Below are positions 12,201 to 21,200 of a stretch of 64,000 nt of DNA, one piece after another. How positions within the stretch are numbered: the stretch's first letter is position 1; the number at the start of each line of letters is the position of its first letter. A program made the position numbers and the translations under genes. The stretch is from Laetmonice hystrix (lineage: Eukaryota): assembly GCA_965235115.1 (NCBI GenBank), contig OZ249441.1, positions 27,280,001-27,344,000 of the forward strand, read 5' to 3'. The notes beneath the pieces were generated by a model. The model was not told where the DNA came from and did not search any database. It saw only the letters and a list, made by a program, of their open reading frames with translations.

Positions 12201-15200
12201 GTAAGTTTGTCAACATTTTCTGCACTTGAGGCAGGACGCTGGGCAGTAACAATGTCCCAAGCAGTTGATCACACTCTTTCAGAAGGCACACAAGTTGCAG
12301 GTATTCCCAGATATGCCATGACTCATGGCGTATAGTTTTGTATCGATACTTTGACATTCATTTCGATGTATCGTATTGGACACAAAATATCGCAATGCAC
12401 CGATATATCGATGAATCGTTTCAGCCCTAATGTTTTCCAGGTATAAGTTAGTCAGAACAGTTCTAAAAGGTTACCTTCAGGCTGGCGGGTATCCTTGGTT
12501 ATTTCAGTGAGTGGGTAAGTGAATCACGCAATCCCTAAATAATGTACAACTGTAGTCTCTGAGAAATTGGAGAAGCAACATCAACACCAGTTGATAAGTA
12601 ATTAACAAATTAATCTACAGTCTGTGACTGTGAACAGTTCTCCTATTTCCAGGAGACGAGAGAAACCCCCACAAAAATAGGCGATTTAAAAGGGAAATAA
12701 AAAAAAGGGCTACGCTGTGGTTCCAAGGAGACAAGGGCTTGATGAAATATCACAGAAAAAGCAATGCAACATGATCATACACTTTCCTCCACGACCATGT
12801 ATCTATGTATTTTTAAAATAAAACAAACTTACTTATTTGAGAGAATTATAGGATAGGTCTATTACTATAATCATGTATGTCAAAGATTACTTTGGCTCTA
12901 CCAAATTCTTCTAACGCTGACCTGAAGTTATATGTCACTGTAAAGCTCTTAGTGATAGTTGGCATCTGACAATTTTCCAGATCAAAAAATTGACCCCTGT
13001 CATGAATGGCATACACTCAAACTCAAAGACCATGCTACGAATTTCAAGATGTTCACAAGCATAGCCCAGGAGGCTATTAAAGCAGGAGTAATGGAGAAGT
13101 ACTAATATTAAATGCGAGACCCAGCATTGAGTTATCAATCAATGGGCAGCTGGTGTCAAGGCCAAACCTCCCGTCTGTGTAAAAGTGTAATAAGCCATTG
13201 TCCAGGGAGGTGTTTCAACAAGTGCGTCAGATCGTCCTACCAGCGATGGACCAAAAATTACAGGCCCTACAACCAAGCGACAGACTGTCTGTTGCCAGTC
13301 GGACGATCCAACACGCTTATTATTAACACTCTCCAGGGCCTTCTTACAGTGAACAACAGATTTGTCCGCCCCCTCTCACCACAAAGGTCTACTTGTGTGA
13401 AAATATATTGAGTCGGAAAGTCAAGATCTACAACGGAGTTTAGAGCTATTCCAAGGAACTGGAGTCTTTCAAGAAATACTAGATAGGTACATTTGTAGAT
13501 GATGATTAAAATTAAAGATTATCAATGGGGCAGGCTTTTCTTTTCTTATTTTTTTCCAAGTATGTGTGGGCTTATGAAAGGTCTTGAACCAACATTTATG
13601 TAACATCCTAATCATACACTTGACACTTTCGATTGAGACCCTAGATATCTTTTGAGGGGTTTGGTATGCTTTGCAAGACTGTCTTTTTTTAATTGTATTT
13701 TCACTCATTCAGTCTTTTAAAAATAATGTAAATAGATCTTTTTCCAAGGCTCAAAGTGACCAGGTGGTCAGATATTGAGCACTGGCTGTTTTATGACCTG
13801 TTATTTTAAAACAAAACCTACTTACTGCCAAGGGATTCTGGCTCTCTTGAAGCTGATGAGTACAGGCGCGAAAAACGTGGCCCATCTTCATAGCTATATT
13901 GGTCTCGGTTCGTGTCTTGGCGATTGTCTTTGAATCTATCACGATCTGCAAAATGGAAGAAGAGAAATATAAGAAAACAGAATAAGACTGATTTTAATAG
14001 AGTTCTTTCCACATGCTGGTACACAAATTCTTCATTGAACAGGCTGGATAGTTGATTTGCACTCTAGATTGAGGGAGGCGCCCTCCAGTTTATGAAGTCT
14101 AAGCCCTTATCTAAAATAACAGCCCATGTCTGCATAATTTTTGAGTTATTGAAAAAAAGAGATATTCTCTGATTGCTTAAAGACATTTTACAGTTGATAA
14201 TTTTAATATTTTATTGCATAATTAAGCATGGCTGGATAAGTGTACTTACTTAAAGTTAATTGCCTCAATTGCTCCTTTTCCTTCCATTCCTGATACTCTT
14301 CTTGCACCTTAAATGAAACAGAATCTCCATAAACAACATGAAAAATTACTACCGGTACATACTTGATAATGTAATTATATAAATGATAATAAAAAAGGTG
14401 TTTATTTTTTTTTACTTTAGAACGTGATTTCAGACACAGTGGTGGAACTGTCTAAAAAAAACAGTTCAACATCATATTTTTAGTCATCAATTTCGTGCAG
14501 TAATTCCCTCCCTTGTGAGAATTAGCAAAAAAACAACCCTTTTTATCCATAGCTAATGTTAATACTAATAATAGAGCATTCTTTTGTACGGTTACAGAGT
14601 AAATCCTACTTACCACCCTGACTAAATTACATGCCAGCTTTTCTGACTCTTCTAACCCTTTTAATGTGGAATGCCTGAAAGTAACAACATGGTGAATAAA
14701 AAATGTGCATTGCAAAAGGAGTTACCCAACATTATCAGGGGTTCAACCTAACCAAAAATTGTTACTAGTAGTGATATCCTTCATCACTAGGCCAGGGGGG
14801 TGTTTCAATATCAGGATTGTCCGACCGGGTGACGGACCATGTCCGACCCAGTCGGACAGGCCTATGGGTGTTTCAATAAACGTTCGATTGGCGTCCGACC
14901 CGGTTGGACTGTCCGACTTTGTAGGACTAGTCGGGAGTTGTCCTAGGCGGCGGTCGGACCAAAAAACATGGCGGACCAACTACTGTTTGATTCTCGACGT
15001 GTATGTCAAATTTGGCTGCCAATTTGAGAAATTCCGCCGTCCTTACTAATGTTTAAAGTCCACTCCTCCTGTAGTGAAGGTTTTCATATGTATTCCTACC
15101 CTTATTAGATGTATCTAATAATCAAAGCATCCACAGACACCGGTTGTTTACAAGTGAACTGATATGCTGCACAATCATGTGGCCTGGCCGGATAGACCCA

Positions 15201-18200
15201 CTGAGATTGTGACGTTATCTTTTCTACCCTCAGTATATGACCCGGAAGGAAAAAATTGACATCGGGTCAGGACAACATTAGCAACGTCTGACATCTTTAG
15301 CCAAAAAATGACAGGTTTTATATCTATTAAATATATAAAATCTGTAACATACAGGCTAATAACAAAAGATCAATGAAAATCAGTGAGCGCTATTGCCAAG
15401 TGAAAAGATGTCTCAATAAATCTTTTGTACGTCACAAACCGCCAGAATGAAGTAGATTGAGGCTTCTGGAATGCACGTTTGCTCGACGTGGTATTGTGAC
15501 ATCGCTCTTTGTCTATCGTCATGTCGGCATAGCAGCGTCGGACATGTTTATTGCAACACCTGACGGGCACTGTCCATCGCATGTCCGACTTTTCAAGCGA
15601 CGGATGGTCCGATCGGGTCGAATAAGTGAAGTTTATTGAAACACCCCCCTGGGTTTCCACTAGTTCTTGAGTTCCCGAAGGCTGCGCACATTCTATTACT
15701 GTCAGCCCTAGGCAGAGCCAGGATTTGCAAGACAGGGTGTGGGGGCCTCCACGCAAAAAATTCCCCCTCCTCGACATATGTTACCCTGCCCTTCTGAAAT
15801 CCTGGGAGAGGCACTGTCAGTCATTATTGTAAATTCAAGCCAATTCTATTTCTTGTTTTTACTGCATTCAATTAAAACTGAGAATATTATACCTTTGCCC
15901 GTTTTGATAGTGAACTTGTATCATCTTTATGCATTTTTAGACCCTGTGCAAGTCGTTTTCAGTAACAGAAACAAAATGCAAGTCAATTTCCATAAAATTT
16001 TGTAAGACAAGAGGGTCATTCCATATGAACTCAACCAAATTTGAGAAATTTTCCCGGGTCACTGACTCAGATTTGGCTGAATTTTTTTTTCAGAGTACCT
16101 CTACACATATAATGAACACATGCAAAATTTTAGGCTTCAACTCCCAAGGGTTTCTGAGATATGACCCTCAGAACATGGTGGGGGGTAGCCCAGTTTTTGC
16201 ACTCGCAAATCGCAGACGTTAATTTGTAGGGGGATTTGGAGGCCAATAGCTTAAAAATAAATCAAAGGTTTGGGCTGAAACTTGCTAGCCAGGGTAATTG
16301 AGACCCAGGCTTTCAGAATCCGTCATCGAAATTAGTCTACCTCTTCTCATTTCTGTGTTATTGGCCTCTCAAATATGAATATTTTTATGGCCGAAAATAC
16401 AAAATTCAATTTTCAAGGACCCCCCATCAGCCCAGGATCACCTGCAGAGGGTAAATGATGCTGGATTCCTTTTATTTAGGGACAGATCTGTCAGCAGTAG
16501 GAATATTGACTATATTAAAGACTTAATATATTATAGGAGTTACGAGCCTCTGAAATGGGTCTCAGCCGGAAAAAATGAGTTTTTTGCCATTATTTGGTTG
16601 ACAAGCTCACCATGTGGGCAATTGCTGAAGGTTATGAAACTTTTTCTATATAATTGTATATATCTTACCTGTATTTGTTTGAAATTTCAACTTGTTTTTT
16701 CATTTCGTTCTCTTTTAAATAATTTTGTTAAATGTATACATTTTTTTGCGATTCGCAGGTGGGTCATTCCATGTTGAACCAATGGCAAAAAAGTTGATGT
16801 CTTCGAATTTCTTTAAATTTTAACCACATATTTGATAGCCATATTTGGCTACCTCTGCAAAATTTCTAAGCATTTGCATGAAAATTGTGTCTCTGGGGCC
16901 TCCAAGTATGAGGTGGGGGGTTGTCGACAAAAGCGCACCACTAATTCTGAGTAGGTTTTCAAACACCTCTTACTTTATGGCTTTTAAATTTAGAAGGCTG
17001 AAATTTGCTTTGCTTGCAGACAGTTTGGTGTAGAATAAGTCTACAAAAGATTGGATAGATATGTGAAAGGGTCTTGGCAGCATAATTGTCTGAAAATGGG
17101 AAAAAAATAAGTTTTACCGTTTCCGGTTGCTCAGTAATTTTGAGAATATATTAATCTCTGTATATCTGTTGACCCTTATACTAGTTACCAATATGTCTGA
17201 CAATAGATACTTGGCAATTTGGATACTGTAAGAAGACATTTGCATGGAGAAAATGACTGGTAAAACCCTACTCGAAAAGAGTAAAACTTATTTTTTCCCA
17301 TTTTCAGACAATTATGCTGCCAAGACCCTTTCATAGATCTCTTAAATCTTTTGTAGGCCTACTCTACACCAAACTGTCTGTAAGCAGAGCAAATTTCAAC
17401 CTTCTAAATTTGAAAGCCTTAAAGTTAGAGGTGTTTGAAAACCTACTCAGAATTAGTGGTGCGCTTTTGTCAACAACCCCCCACCTCATATTTGGAGGCC
17501 CCAGAGACACAATTTTCATGCAGATGTTTAGCAATTTTGCAGAGGTGGACAAATATGGCTATCAAATATGTGGTTAAAATTTAAAGAAATCCGGACACAT
17601 ACTTTTTTGCCATTAGTTCAACATGGAATGACCCACCTGTGAATGTAAAAAAAACGCCTGTAGACATTTAACAAAATTTGAAGTGAAGGAAATGAAAAAA
17701 CAAGTTGAAATCTTAAACAAATACAGGTAAGATATATACAATTATATAGAAAAAGTTTCATAACCTTTAGTAATTGCCCACATGGTGAGCTTGTCAACGA
17801 AATATTTGCAAAAAAGTCATTTTTTCCAGCCGAGACCCTTTTCAGAGGCTCGTAACTCCTATATTAAGTCTTTAATATGGTCAATTTTCCTACTGCAGAC
17901 ATATCTGTCCCCAAATAAAAGGAATCCAGCATCATTAACCCTCTGCAGGTGATCCTGGGCTGACAGGGGGTCCTTGAAAATTTAATTTTGTATTTTCGGC
18001 CATAAAAATATTCATATTTGAGAGGCCAATAACACTAAAATAAGAAGAGGCTGGCTAGCAAGTTTCAGCCCAAACCTTTGATTTATTTTCAAGCTATTGG
18101 CCTCCAAATCCCCCTACAAATTAACGTCTGCGATTTGCGAGTGCAAAAACTGGGCTACCCCCCACCATGTTCTGAGGGTCATATCTCAGAAACCCTTGGG

Positions 18201-21200
18201 ATTTGAAGCTTAAAATTTTGCATGTGTTCATTATATCGGGTGGATAAAAAAAAACGCCCGAAATTTAAACTTTAATATTTCAAAAACTATGCATTATAAT
18301 TCAATAAAATTTCTCTTACTATAACTTCATGATATTATCTCTGGTATGTTAAAGTTTCAGCTCAATAGTTTTGATATTAATCCCGTGGCGCTAAAAACAA
18401 AAATCAGTGTCTAAAAACGCAATGCCGGAATTAGGTCAAATATCATGCAGCTGCCAGGTGTCCAATTTGATACCTGTTTGATGCACCGCGTTGTACCTTG
18501 GGTAAAAACATTTTCAATATTTAGTTTTTGCATGTTTTACAATATGTATAATGTTGTGGACCACTAGATATATACTAAATTATGGGCTATTCTAGTACTT
18601 CTAGAGAAAAACAGATGTTTAATGTGCCAAACCCTACAGAGAAACTGCAACATTAGGACGATATGACTGTAACCAGAAGTTCAAGGGAAATCGTACCATT
18701 ATCACGTTTAGCAACACATTCAGAACGTTGCATATTTCCCAATGTTGCGAAGATATTTCCCTATCAGAGATCAGGAAGTGCATTGGCTCATGGAAAATGA
18801 GACTAAGAGCAGTATGGAGTGAAAACGGGGGACCGATTGACCACCTACTCTAGTGTGAGGCCAGGGACTCTGGGTGCGACTACCACTCGCTTTAGCCCGG
18901 CATTGCGCTTTTGTACAATGATTTTTGTTTTTAGCGCCACGGAAATATTATCCAAGCTATTGACTTGTAACATTACCAACTAAGAGACAACATCATGAAG
19001 TGATAGCAAGAAAAATTTCATTGAATTACAATCATTACTTTTTGAAATATTGAAGTTTAAAGTTCGGGGCGTTTTTTTTTATCCACCCGATATATGTAAA
19101 GGTACTCCCACAATTTTTTTGAGCCAAATCTGAATCGGTGACCCGGGGACCTCTGGTTGAGTTCATATGGAATGACCCTAGATTGTAACAAATAGGGCTG
19201 GGATGATACACTATATTCACGATACGATATGTATCTTGATATTTGCTCCACGATATGATACATATCACGATATACATGTATCAAAATTCCCGTCAAACTG
19301 ATTACTGATCAACAACAGCTGATCTATAGCGTCTTATTTTATGATCGCCAACAGTCCTACCTGCTTGGTGACATGATTTAGTCACCCACAATGATATCTG
19401 GTTGCCACAGGTGAGCAGACTAGCATTAGCATGAAAATGTTGTGAAAAGAAATTTTTAGGGAATACAACTTAACTTATACAGGGATGAAAGTGGCCAGCT
19501 GTAAAATTTCCTGAAATTCTGACCGGGGGGGGGGGGGGAGCGGCGGGGGCCAATGTCCATAATTAATATTTGTTCATGCGCACATCCAAGGCTTACCCCC
19601 CCCCCCCCCCCCTTAAAAAAAGTCAGGCTAGGAACAGCAGACAATCATGATCCGATAAGGCCTCCTAGCTATTATATATTATAGGGCCTAGTCCTCAGTA
19701 TTTAGTCGCCACCCCCCCCCCCCACCCACCCCCTCCTCAACCCCCCACCCCTGCTCAGCGGCTCTCAGCCAAGCAACACAGGCTTCGCTGAGTCGAGTGG
19801 TTCAGCCCCTGTGTCCATGTGCCACTCATGTTGTTGTGAAAATTGTCACTTCCGGTCTTATCAGGACACCTGCACTGATCGACAAATGTAAGGAAAAGTC
19901 CTGACAACCCCAAAACTTTAGTGAAAACCACTTACGTAATGCCACTATCCTCAAATTTATATGCAAGAACACATTATGAGAACTTACTGACATATATACT
20001 AGGCAGATTCATAGAACTAAATTGACCCAGTTTCCTGTGAGGAGTGACATTGTGATGGTGCGTAGTTCGTCAGCCTAATCACTATCACCGGGACTAGACA
20101 GACCGGTCTGTCTATAGTCTCGTTGCTATCACTAAGTGAGCGCTCAGGCAAAACTCGCGCATGGATATGGCATAATGGCAAGCCTGAATCAACGGGCTTC
20201 GCAGCTGCCTGACCATCAATTTTGCCTGAAGTCATTACCTGAGGTGAGTCGCTCTCACCACAGCGACACGGGGCCGTGCCTGCCAGACGGGACAGACGCC
20301 ACCGCGTGCCGGTAGAAGTCAGCCCACGCGGGCCGGTCTATGTGAGCGATGTCACCACAGCTACAGGGACCAGCACCCCCGGCAGACCGGCCTATGCACG
20401 GTGGCACCCGTGACACTGGACGGGTTTGAGACACTCTAATATCCCCATCTATAAACGAACTTTGGCAGGTAGAGATATATTGAGCTGCATGGTGTTAAAA
20501 AACGTCCTGGAAGGGGATATTGTTTCATTTGATATTAATTGCCCACCACACAGTCCAGGGCAATACTTAGCCTTGGCTTAGGCCTACCTCTTTTGCCTAT
20601 AGATCTAGGCCTATTTCCTTTTTTGGGTGTTATTTCTTGGGGGGGGGGGGGGGATTTTCCTGATTTCAGGAAATTTCCTGAAAACTTTCATCCCTGCTTA
20701 TAGGGCAGATCAGGGTTGGACAAATCCACTAGCCCGAGGTCCGGAACCTGCCTATTATTGCTTTGGACTTGTGAAAATATATAAATGGTAGTCCGACGGA
20801 CTCTTGCCCAGTCTTGGTTAAACCTAGTATCATTGACAGTGGTATCTGTCAGGACCTGGTGCCAGGCGTGGATGTAGCAGGTCACAAACCTCCATCCTTC
20901 AAGCCTCAAGGATGCTGGAGGTCTGTGGCCTGTAATGACAATGATGATGGCAATCTTAACATTTCCATAAACACTCCATGAAATTGTGGAGTTTTTGACC
21001 AGTGGACCCAAGAGCAGCACCAGTAAATATTCTGAGTTACTGGTCCTGGACCAGTGACTCATAATTTGTCCAACCCTGCAGATGCAAGTCATTTAAAGGT
21101 GCTATTCGTCTCGCACAGAATGGCATTTCTCCTATCATACATTGTGCACATCGTACTAGAAAAAATTCCTACCGATACCATTGGCCTGATAAACTTTCTA

